Shown here: piece after piece, positions 52,361-64,000 of the stretch
Numbering within the stretch: the first letter of the stretch is position 1
How the letters are laid out: each line of letters opens with the position of its first letter
NCBI GenBank assembly: GCA_964016885.1
Contig: OZ024743.1
Location: 52,142,001-52,206,000, forward strand
Reading direction: 5' to 3'
Length of the DNA stretch: 64,000 nucleotides
From: Eledone cirrhosa
Taxonomy: Eukaryota
Notes under the pieces: generated by a model
The model's database searches: none
The model's input: the letters and a program-made list of their open reading frames with translations, nothing else
Told to the model about the DNA's origin: nothing
Position numbers and translations under genes: made by a program

Positions 52361-53263
52361 CTGAATAGAAATATATTGTATAAATTACCTCATACTCTCA
52401 CATCAACAATAAGCTGTATGGCAATCTGGGACATTTTCAACTCTCAACTTCTTCCCTAAAATCAAAGTAGAGATATACTTTTCTTGCTGCCATGAGTTGG
52501 ATAGCTTCTCCCAGTCTGTGACAGTTCGTACTCAAAGTTACTGTTCTTTTAATGAGTCAGAGTGACCATGTCTTGCTCATGTATTCCATTTTGGTATTGG
52601 TTCAATAGCTAGATGTCCTTAACAACCCCTTTACAGAGTGTTGAGAACTATACTGTAGATAGAAGATGTCAAGTCCTCAACACTAAAGAGTTCCTCTACT
52701 CTATACTGTCTCTGATAATCGACCACTTTACAGAGTGTACTGAGAACATTTAATTACGGTAAAAAACATTACTTATGAGAAAAAAATGACATATCTTCCA
52801 ACCATTTATAATAATTCCAGCTATTGTAAATAATCTGTATGGTTGTTTTTGGCATTTTAACCCTCAACACCTTCCCTAAACCAAAGTAGGGATGAACTAT
52901 TATTGTAGTTGCTACTCTTTTCTTTTTATTATTTAGTTAGGAAAGGAAGGACAGTGCCCATGACCCTTTTCAGGGCCTCTGAAACTGGTAAGAAGGAGAG
53001 AGGGACAAAAATATCTGCAAATACCTCAATACCTGCAAAAAGTGGACTTCCCTAAAAGCATCCAAAGACTAGTTGGTAGTGGTGTTAAAATGCCACCCAA
53101 GATTAATACAGGATCATGTAGCCCTAGATACATTATATCTGAATAATGTAAAATATTTACATGGTAGCTCATTGGGCTTTCTTTAAAAAGGGGCAGACAC
53201 ACTGAATAATGTAGTCCTAGGTACACTATGCCTGAAAAGCCACAAACAACCAGTCCTACTTAC

Positions 53264-53355
53264 TTTATTTTTCCCACTATTCATTTGAGCAGCAAGTTCC
53301 ATATTTTTCCGGATTTGTTGGTAATTCTTCACCATTGGGTCATGACAGACAATTC
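53264..53355 (-). CDS. TTLL5: TTLL5 exon
   Basis: TTGCAG|...|GTAAGT, phase 1 to 0. IVCHDPMVKNYQQIRKNMELAAQMNSGKNK (compare vertebrate GFVCQDP). Confidence 0.9.
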
Positions 53356-53525
53356 CTGCAATATAGAATATTTATATAGACTATATATATAGTGTGTGTG
53401 TGTGTGTGTGTGTAATATGTGTCTCTGTCTAGAGTATATATACATGTATATAGTATGTGATCATAAAAGATGATTCTAACATCATCTTTACTTAAATGTT
53501 AAATGATGATGATGATGATATTATA

Positions 53526-53852
53526 CAATGGAACCTCAGTTCATGAACTTAATTTATTCCTGAAGGCTGTTCGTTACCTGAAATGTTCATAAACAAAATT
53601 ATTTTCCCATGTTGAAAGAGAAAAACAGTAATGGGTGGCGCTGTGAGAAAAACAGATAGATATCACCAAAGTAACTAACTACACAGCAAATGATGCTATC
53701 TTGCTGATACTGCCAGCTTGTCGCCATTGTCAACAGCTTGTGTGTTTGTTACTTGAGACATTGTTTGTCAACCGAGACATTTTATGTTCAGAAAAATTGT
53801 TCATGAACTGATTTGTTGATGATGAGAGGTGTTCGTGGATCGAGGTTCCCTG
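53526..53852. mobile_element. pogo/Tigger-like MITE
   Basis: TA|CAATGGAACCTCAGTTCATGAAC ... GTTCGTGGATCGAGGTTCCCTG|TA. Confidence 0.75.
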
Positions 53853-53927
53853 TATTAGTGTGTGTGTATATACAGTATGTATATAGTCATAAAGAGACAA
53901 TTCTTGCAACATAGAGCAGTATATATA

Positions 53928-54455
53928 GCATTGGTATGGACATGTGATGTGTATGAAGGATGACAGCTGCATAAAAAAGTACAGTGCACTAGAAGTTGAT
54001 GGAAGCCGCGGAGTGGTGAGACCCAAGAAGACCTGGGATGAGGTGATAAAAGCCGACCTTACCCAATTACACCTCTCAAAGGCGATGACACACGACCGTG
54101 ACCTCTGGTGTCACGCAGTAATACAGAAGACCCGAACCCTCACGGGTACAAGCTGAAGCTGAAGCATATAGACAATATGCCCCCACACCCTCCCACTGCA
54201 AAGTGGTCGTGGAGGTGCCACGGAAAAAAAGCACCCAGTCCACACTGTAAAGTGGACATGTAGGCGCCATGAAAAAAGCACCCAGCACTCACTATGAGGT
54301 TGGTGTTAGGAAGGGCATCCAGCTGTAGAAATCAAGCCAGAATCAGTTCCCATATGAGCAAAACAAGGTCAGCCGACTGGACACTGCCCACAACAGGACA
54401 ACCCATCTAACCCATGCTAGCGTGGAAGAACGGACGTAAAACGGTGACGATGATA
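53928..54455 (+). mobile_element. RTE LINE 3' fragment
   Basis: WYGHVM...KKTWDEVIKADL; 3' UTR matches the 24940-26930 copy. Confidence 0.9.
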
Positions 54456-54581
54456 ATTATTTCTACTTTTTTGATGATAATGATGATATATAGCATTTAA
54501 ATCACTCTTTTGTAGTTTATTTTTTCATCTGATTCAGAAAATAACAAACCAAAGAAAAAAAAAATGAAATGATAAACTTAC

Positions 54582-54643
54582 CAATGGCACTAAAAAGATC
54601 ACATATGAGGTTGGTCTTAATTTTCAAATCAAGAGGACTATCA
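54582..54643 (-). CDS. TTLL5: TTLL5 exon
   Basis: TTACAG|...|GTAAGT, phase 2 to 1. DSPLDLKIKTNLICDLFSAIG. Confidence 0.95.
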
Positions 54644-55500
54644 CTGTAAATAAATGGTAATAAAGATTTCAAAGTTAGGAACAAAAAAATGAATGCAAAG
54701 CTGCACATCGTAATTAAAGATCCTGAAATTAGAAAATGTAACCAACCAAATTGTGGAGTTGATGTGTAAAAACTATTCAACACCAACAGTGTATAATGAG
54801 GTGTTAAAAAATACACAAAATCAACACAAATGTAACCTCAAAAATTGTGATAAATTATTCGTGAAACTGGTTAGTACAAAAACTAATTAGATGATCATAA
54901 AAATCCCTCTATTTTTTAAAAGGACTATAATTTATTTTGTATGAATTAATTTTTTTTCATTGTCTACTTAAATTTGGATGTATATATATAAAATATATTA
55001 GGTGCATCTTCAAATTTTTTAATCTCCTTTATATATGTGTGTGTGTTTATATATATAACTGTAAATGTGGTTGGTGTTAGGAAGGGCATCCAGCCGTAGA
55101 AAACCCGCCAGACAGTCCTGAGCAAGACAACCAATCTTGCCTCAAGTGGGACAATTCCCGTCCAGACCCATGCTAGCATGGAAAATGGACGTTAAACGAT
55201 GATGATGATGATGATGAATGTTAAACAATGAAAGAACAAGATAAGGTGAACATTATATATGACTCTCTACTTTTGAGTACTCAACAGCATATATCAGATA
55301 TCAACTTTCCACAAAAGCAGGTTTTCCCTTGCTTCGATGGGATATTCACACCAAGATTATATTGAATTTGAAACCAAGCCATAAACAGTTCTGTATGGGC
55401 AAGACACAGTCATCTGATCTGACATGTCTCACAACAAGACAACCCATCTAACTCATGCTAGCTTGGAAAATGGATGTTAAAGAGTGATGATGATGATGAT

Positions 55501-57190
<1,690 letters not shown>

Positions 57191-57565
57191 CTAAAAATAT
57201 GATGGTCATGGTTGGAATGCCTTTGATAATAGGTCGGCTTGATCAAGATTAACGTAGGACTACATAACAATGATAACAGCAGCCTCAGAATGATGACAAG
57301 AAAATTCAATCTCAAAGGGATTTGAACTCAGAACATAAAAAGATATAACTAAATACCACAAGGCATTTCATCCCGCACTCTACTGCCTCTACCACTCCAT
57401 TGCCAAATGATAGACTTTCTAAAGCAGAACACAACAAATTTTGTGGAATAGAACATTCCATTATATCAACTCCTGTACCTCTGTTTTGGGCAGTCAAAGA
57501 GTTGACATCTTTGACACCAAACCATCTGAAACCACTCCTGGTTCTACAATATAAAACTATTTTAA

Positions 57566-57775
57566 TCCTTTAGCATTTACATTTCTCTATATTTACTATT
57601 ATATTTTCATGGTAAACACTTTATTTCACATAATTATCTCATATAATATCGAATCTATGAGATTTTGATATTATTTATTTTGGGAACAATACCTTAACAT
57701 CAATATGAGCAGTCGGTTACAGCCAGTTTCAACAGAAAGAGGTAGAGAATTCTGGCCGGTTTGAACATTAAAGGG
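57566..57775. mobile_element. piggyBac-like MITE (family A) nested in a second MITE
   Basis: TTAA|TCCTTTAGCATTTA ... ATTAAAGGG|TTAA. Confidence 0.8.
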
Positions 57776-57995
57776 TTAAAGTGTTTATATTTACCTAAAA
57801 ACTTCCATCATAATTTTATGTAAGAACTTTTATGTTCCACTCAACAGCTTAATAATAGGAAAGTTATATTTGTTATGTTACTAAATCTTTCCAAAATTTT
57901 GATTATTCTCAAAATGATTTGAAAATCATAAGCAGTGTTCTTCACTAGAAATATAACAAAACGGTTAAATGAATTTGATTATCGATTCAACTTAC

Positions 57996-58103
57996 CAAAA
58001 CAGTTCCATTTGTTGTTAATAAACATCTTACTGGCAGCTGCAATGTGAAGTTCCGCAGACAAGATAGTCTTCACTACCACATCTTCTATCTTCATCATCA
58101 TTG
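57996..58103 (-). CDS. TTLL5: TTLL5 exon
   Basis: TTTTAG|...|GTAAGT, phase 1 to 1. AMMMKIEDVVVKTILSAELHIAAASKMFINNKWNCF. Confidence 0.95.
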
Positions 58104-58109
58104 CTAAAA

Positions 58110-58860
58110 TAATAATAATGATTTCAACTATAGGCACAAGGCCAGCAATTTTAGAGGGAGGGGAAAGTCGACTAAATCGACCCCAGTGTGTACTTTATTT
58201 TATCAATCCCATGAGGATGAAAGGCAAAGTTAACCTCAGCGAAATTAGTAAATGGTTAGATGCATGGCTCGAGAAGCTAGGAATTACCATCAGGATGGGA
58301 TTTTTGCAGAAAAGAACCTTTCTAAGAACAGCAAGGATTCTAAGGAGAGTGTTGGAAAGTTGAAGGAGAAGGAATGACCTAAAGAAGCTTTGGACATTGG
58401 CTATGGCTCACTCTGTTGGTATAGTGTCGGTATAACATTTGCCAGAGTAAAAGTGTTATGAATAATAATAATTGTTTCTACGTTTGGCACAAGGCCAGCA
58501 ATTACCCAGTGTATTACTGGTACTTTATTTTATCGACCCCGTAAGGATGAAAGGCAAAGTCAACCTCAGTGAGATTTGAACTCAGAATGGCAAGGGCCGT
58601 AACTCTATGCATCAAAGCATGGCGTCCGACCCTCTACAGATACTGCCAATCCACCACCATTTTATCGATAATAATAATAATTGTTTCTACTTTTGGCACA
58701 AGGCCAACAATTACTCAGTGTATTACTGGTACTTTATTTTATCGACCCCGTAAGGATGAAAGGCAAAGTAAACCTCGGTGAGATTTGAACTCAGACTGCA
58801 AAGGGCTGTAAGTCTATACTGCAAAGCATGGTGTCCGGCTCTCTACTGATACTGCCAAAT
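58110..58860 (-). mobile_element. Stack of three tRNA-derived SINE copies with an R4/Dong-like fragment inside
   Basis: Repeated tttc(t/a)ac(t/g)...ggcacaaggcc units at about 58120, 58475 and 58684, each with an (AAT)n tail on the plus strand. Confidence 0.85.
58246..58472 (+). mobile_element. R4/Dong-like LINE 3' end
   Basis: WLEKLGITIRMGFLQKRTFLRTARILRRVLES* resembles the R4/Dong C-terminus (LQKxxLLGTARILRRVL); ends in (TAA)n. Confidence 0.7.
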
Positions 58861-59348
58861 ATGGGATAGTCATGACTGTATTACATTTGATGATAAATAA
58901 CAAGCACAACTCTGAACAGTTTTTTAGTGTTAACCCATCATTGTAATCATAAAGTCTCGGGTTCAATCCCCCCATATTATATCTTGCACCTGTGTCATTT
59001 ATCATAGTCTTGGGTCAACTTAAGCTTCACGAGTGAAATTGGGTCGATGGAAACTGATTAGAAGCCGGTTGGTTGGATTGAGCCGATGTGTCTGTGGAAT
59101 GGTCAGCTATTTAAGCCGATGTGTCTGTGGAATAGTCAGCTATTTACACAATTTCTAATTCAGGCACAAGGCCAGCAAATTTAGGGGAAAAGAATGTCAA
59201 TTGTATTGATCCAGTACGTGACAGGTATTTTATTTTTTCGACTCTCCCCAGAAGGATGAAAGGCAAAGTTGAGCTTGGCTGGATTTGAACTCAGAACGTA
59301 AAGAACTGGAACAAATACTGCTCTAACAACTCTGCTAATCCACAGCCT

Positions 59349-59576
59349 AGCCACTTATATTATAATACAAGATGAACTGAGCCACTTACACTATAATACA
59401 AGATGAACTGGGCCACTTACACTATAATACAAGATGAACTGGGCCACTTACATTATAATACAAGATGAACTGAGCCACTTACATTATAATACAAGATGAA
59501 CTGAGCCACTTACATTATAATACAAGATGAACTGAGCCACTTACATTATAATACAAGATGAACTGAGCCACTTACA
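59349..59576. repeat. 31-bp minisatellite (about 7 copies)
   Basis: Unit gccacttacattataatacaagatgaactga. Confidence 0.95.
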
Positions 59577-59673
59577 AGTTAATTCACAGGCTGCCCTGTT
59601 GATCAAACAGTTATCACATAACACAGGGCGGTCCATTCCTAGTGTCGTTACATATTGTTTGCAACTAACTTAC

Positions 59674-59765
59674 CTGCAGTATCTGTTCCCTTTGATTTCA
59701 GGTACCGTAATAATGCCCCTAGGGACCACTTGTTTCCATAATCTTCAATATCAGGATCATCATTC
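59674..59765 (-). CDS. TTLL5: TTLL5 exon
   Basis: CTATAG|...|GTAAGT, phase 2 to 1. [30 protein letters not shown]; [13 protein letters not shown] is characteristic of TTLL5. Confidence 0.96.
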
Positions 59766-60134
59766 CTATAGAAGACAATTGAGAAATGTATTATTAATAT
59801 GGACATTGTTTACACAGTGGTTATGGCGTCTTTCATAAAAAATTTGGTAATGAAAGGGTTAAAATGTTTATATTTATCTAAAAGAACCTATGTTAAGTGA
59901 TGTTCCAAATACCAACTAAATAAGGAAAGAGTCCCTCCAAATTCTTGATTATTTTTTCAAATGATTTGAAAAACATTCACAGTCTTTCATTAAAAGTATC
60001 AGGCCATCAATGTGAGACATCTATTTCTTGCCCTTACAGTTATATCTCAACCTCAGTATAGCTGTCACTGTTGCCTGCATTAAACATAACCCTTTTGTGC
60101 TTATGTGTTACAGAGAAATAAATACTTAACTCAC

Positions 60135-60236
60135 TTAACATAACTGTCACTCTTCTTGTTCACGCTGTAGTTGGTCAGATGCATACACTGATTTTTCAAA
60201 CTTCGTTGACTCTTGTCATATCTCACCGTTGCAAAT
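60135..60236 (-). CDS. TTLL5: TTLL5 exon
   Basis: TTCTAG|...|GTGAGT, phase 2 to 2. [34 protein letters not shown] (HLTNYS motif). Confidence 0.96.
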
Positions 60237-60741
60237 CTAGAAAAACAGCAGCAAAACACCATTACATGATACAGGCTTGTTTCTTATTTAATATCCTCAA
60301 GATCCCTACATATTCCTACCTTATCATTTAATGTTCTCAAGCCCACAAAATAGAAGTTACTTATGTGATGTTTATACAGCATTCAATTGAAGCAGGTTGG
60401 ATCACCAAATTACTGATCTATAAGCATAGAGTTCAACAATATATACTTTGTGAGTGTATTCTGGTTTTGCTATGTGTACCCCAGTTCCTGTATGTCATAA
60501 GAGGTAACTTAAAGAGTTGGTATCAGATAGAGTATCTGGATGCACAACATTGTCCAGCCCATGCTAGCATGAAAAAGCAGATATAAAAATGACGATGATA
60601 TTTGGTCTAGAAGAAAAGCAATGTCGATATCATTTCCAGGGTAGAAGTGGTTGATGCTTAGCTTAAACTTCTGTTATATTGCAATATGTTACAGTACTGA
60701 AATAAAAGTGGCTTTAACGTAGAGGATGGAAAACTCAAGGG

Positions 60742-61138
60742 CTGCTCCAAGTGGCACACACTCTAGCTATACTACTGCTCCAGGTGGCACACACTCTAGC
60801 TATACTACTGCTCCAGGTGGCACACACTCTAGCTATACTACTGCTCCAGGTGGCACACACTCTAGCTATACTACTGCTCCAGGTGGCACACACTCTAGCT
60901 ATACTACTGCTCCAGGTGGCACACACTCTAGCTATACTACTGCTCCGGGTGGCACACTCTAGCTATACTACTGCTCCGGGTGGCACACTCTAGCTATACT
61001 ACTACAGGTGGCACACACTCTAGCTATACTACTGCTCCAGGTGACACACACACTAGCTATACTACCGCTCCAGGTGGCACACACTCTAGCTATTCTACTG
61101 CCCCAGGTGGCACACACTCTAGCTATACTACTGCTCCA
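60742..61138. repeat. 33-bp minisatellite (about 12 copies)
   Basis: Unit ggtggcacacactctagctatactactgctcca; 11-aa periodic ORF. Confidence 0.95.
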
Positions 61139-61197
61139 TTCCACTCCCCCACAGTAGTTATAGTAATAGAGGTCATACAAAACAAACCATAGCTCAC

Positions 61198-61282
61198 CTG
61201 GTGAGACCCTCTTCATACAGATAAACCACTAATGGGTCATACGATGTTACTGCCACATAAAGACGAATATCAAACTTGAAAC
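61198..61282 (-). CDS. TTLL5: TTLL5 exon
   Basis: TATCAG|...|GTGAGC, phase 1 to 2. [28 protein letters not shown] (KFDxRLY motif). Confidence 0.96.
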
Positions 61283-62477
61283 CTGATAAAAAGACAGTGA
61301 AATATTCAAATGGATATTTATGGCAAAAAAAAAAAAATAATAATGGCAATTTTGTTGCTATGGCAACCTCTGAATAGGTTGCACCCCTATTTTAATACAA
61401 GTTTTACAATGTCCTCTATATTTTAAATTGAGATTTTGTCAGTGCAGCAAATGTGACTCATATTTAACATTCAATATTTCTAACAACTTCAGATACTAAA
61501 TTCTTAGATTGGCACAATACCAGGAATTTATGTTGAACTGAATAAAAATAAATTACACACACAGGTTGTGAGTTCAATTCCTGGGCCAGGCGATGGCTAT
61601 TGGCACCAGGTTGTCTCTGATGGGTTTTGATAACCTTATACATGTATATACCAACAACAACAACAAGCATTTTAATGCCATTTTTCCTGCTAAAGAAGGA
61701 GTTAGCCTTTCAGGCCCCTAACAGGCTTCATACACATCATGGGTCATTTTGAAGCAATATTTCATGGCTGGATGCATTTCCTGCTACAAAACCTTTTAGT
61801 TGCTTCCTATGGCATGCAGCAATATAGTATTCCTATTTTAATTTGGTTACACAGTTGTGGTTACACTGGTTGGGCTTTTGTTGTTTTCATTACTGCAGTA
61901 TTCAAAATAATTCTGCACATGTGTTAGTTGCAGCAAGTGCAACATGCATTCCAAGGCCACCATTTAATGAATGTTGCAGATGGATTTCTGACCAGTGGGA
62001 CAGCATTCAGGCAGTAGTATATCATAAAAACAATGTAGATGTTGATAATCTCCACCCAACCTTTGAGGCAAAGCTTTCTCTCTGCCCATTTCTGAGATAG
62101 ATTGTGTACCTGTTCATGACTTTCTCTCAAACACATTAACTGGGTTTCCAGTACAATGGTAAAAATTGCCACTGGATGGCATAGACCTGCCTATTCTGAG
62201 TTGCAAGCTCCCTGACTTATTCCAGTTAATGCCATCCAGTAACCTACTGGTATTCTTTCAGTATGATACTACCTGCCTCTATTTCTGAAATGTCCAACAC
62301 CATTGATGGTAAGCCCAACCATTTTGGGGAAGGGGAAGTCGACCAAATTGACCCCAGTGCATTACTGGTACTTTATTTTATCGAACCTGTAAGGATGAAA
62401 AGCAAAGCTAATTTTGGCAGGATTTGAACTCAGAACGTAAAGGGACATGCCACAAAGCATGGTGTCCGACGCTCTAC

Positions 62478-62655
62478 TGATGCTGCCAATCCACTGCCCT
62501 TAATAATAATAATAATAATTGTTTCTACATTTGGCACAAGGCCAGCAATTATCCCAGTGTATTACTGGTACTTTATTGGGATAATTGCTGGCCTTGTGCC
62601 AAATGTAGAAACAATTATTATTATTATTATTAAGGGCAGTGGATTGGCAGCATCA
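62478..62655. repeat. Perfect inverted repeat with 79-bp arms and a 20-nt spacer, SINE-derived
   Basis: Arms 62478-62556 and 62577-62655 checked by eye, including an equal (AAT)6 count. Confidence 0.95.
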
Positions 62656-62697
62656 TAATAATAATAATAATAATAATAAAAATAAATGTATAGTTAC

Positions 62698-62767
62698 CAT
62701 CAATGAGCAAAGGGTTCTGAATATATTTAGATACAATAAGATGTTCATCAAAAGGCACTTGTTCTGG
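62698..62767 (-). CDS. TTLL5: TTLL5 exon
   Basis: CTCCAG|...|GTAACT, phase 0 to 1. PEQVPFDEHLIVSKYIQNPLLIDG (TTL-family YIxNPLLI motif). Confidence 0.93.
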
Positions 62768-63263
62768 CTGGAGTTGGAGAAGAAAGAAGATATTTATATA
62801 TCAAAACTGTTTGATTTAAAGTATATATATTTTTCTAAAAACCTTTCATAATTTTATGTACTAACCTTTGTTAAGTTATATTCCAAACACCAACTTAATA
62901 ATGAGAAAGTTAGTCATATAACTAGATTTCTCCAAATTCTTGAATATTTTCAAAATTATTTGAAAACCATAAACAGTGATTTTTTTATTAGAAATATGAC
63001 AAGAAAAGGGAAGGGTTAAATAATTCTCAAATACCATTCAGATGGTTTTGTGTGTGAAAACATATTTAACCCTCATGATACTTATAACAGTAAGGTTTCC
63101 TGTTTTAAAATGTTCATATGTGATGATGATGGTGATGATAATTTATAATTTAGGCAACAAGTCTAGTAATTTAGAGGAAGGGGAAAGCTGATTGTATCAA
63201 CCCCAGTACGTAACTGGTACTTTATTTTAATAATCCCGGAAGGTACAAGGCCAACAATTTTAA

Positions 63264-63484
63264 CCCTTTAGCATTTAAACTGGCTGTATCCGGCCAGAAT
63301 TTCCTCACCTCTTTCTGTTCAAACTGGCTGTAACCAGCCACTCATACTTATGTTAAGGTATTGTTCTCAAAATAAATATTAGCAAAATCTCATAGATTCG
63401 ATATTACATGAGATAATTATGTGAGGTAAAGCTTTTACTGTGAAAATATAATAGTAAATATAGAGTAATGTAAATGCTAAAGGG
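63264..63484. mobile_element. piggyBac-like MITE (family A), best-preserved copy
   Basis: TTAA|CCCTTTAGCATTTA ... TAAATGCTAAAGGG|TTGA; perfect 14-bp TIRs. Confidence 0.88.
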
Positions 63485-63720
63485 TTGAGGGAGGGGAAGT
63501 CACTCATATCAAACCAGTTTTTTATTGGTACTTTATTTGATTGACATTGGGAGAATGACAGACAAAGTTATGATAATGGTGATGTAACTCTGTTAACTAA
63601 AAGTTGATCAGTTACATGAAAGAAAACATACAAAAAAACAAAATATAAAAATGAAAAAAGAAGAAACCAAGCAAAAACAGATTGATGTTTGGAGAACTTG
63701 CAAAATTTAAGGCTACTTAC

Positions 63721-63803
63721 ATGACTCACTAGATGTACACCACGACCTCTAGATGAGGCCACGGGTTTAATTATCCAGGGTCCCCTATCTTTACAGAACG
63801 AAC
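63721..63803 (-). CDS. TTLL5: TTLL5 exon (first in window; 5' exons lie outside the window)
   Basis: Acceptor TTTCAG| and donor |GTAAGT. Translates [27 protein letters not shown], matching the recalled TTLL5 motif [19 protein letters not shown]. Confidence 0.95.
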
Positions 63804-63811
63804 CTGAAATA

Positions 63812-64000
63812 TAATTATAATAATGATAATTATTGTGTACAGTACTCAGGTGCACTACAACTCATCAAAGGTACATGTATAGTACATAGAATAATGTACA
63901 AAAGTCAGTCCTGAAAAGAATTTCGAGAAGCATAGAAGTTTTGAAGGATGCAGTTTCCCGACAGCTAACAACTAATGTAGGTAGTTTGTTCCATGCTTCA
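63812..64000 (-). mobile_element. CR1/L2-like LINE 3' end
   Basis: Minus strand EAWNKLPTLVVSCRETASFKTSM (WNxLP...SFK motif) followed by an (ATT)n-like tail. Confidence 0.7.

Noticed and set aside
59349-61138. 31-bp and 33-bp arrays as CRISPR-like
   Set aside because: Contiguous tandem units with no unique spacers, no cas genes and a eukaryotic intronic context.

Overview
AT-rich, repeat-dense animal genomic DNA. The SINE, RTE and microsatellite content suggests a cephalopod, probably Octopus; this is inferred from remembered repeat motifs, not from a database search. Nearly the whole window is the 3' portion of one minus-strand, multi-exon gene encoding tubulin polyglutamylase TTLL5. I traced 20 phase-consistent GT-AG exons by hand (63803 down to 17400, 3025 coding nt). 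They cover most of the TTL catalytic domain and the C-terminal region. The 5' exons lie beyond 64000 and the terminal exon is uncertain. The introns hold RTE LINE fragments, Tx1/L1-like LINE 3' ends nested in (TCTA)n, R4/Dong-like and CR1-like ends, tRNA-derived SINEs, non-autonomous Helitrons, piggyBac-like and Tc1/pogo-like MITEs, and several satellites of up to 9 kb. Most long ORFs in the supplied track are artefacts of simple repeats. The most notable observations are: (1) minimal hammerhead-ribozyme motifs in Penelope-like fold-back remnants, one inside a perfect palindrome with 56-bp arms; (2) a LINE that appears to target (TCTA)n, stacked three deep against an exon acceptor; (3) a 72-bp satellite that originates from a MITE terminus and is interrupted by a tandem Helitron dimer; (4) a possible alternative acceptor adding a 289-aa in-frame Pro-rich insert; and (5) unrelated tandem arrays that repeatedly start just downstream of splice donors.
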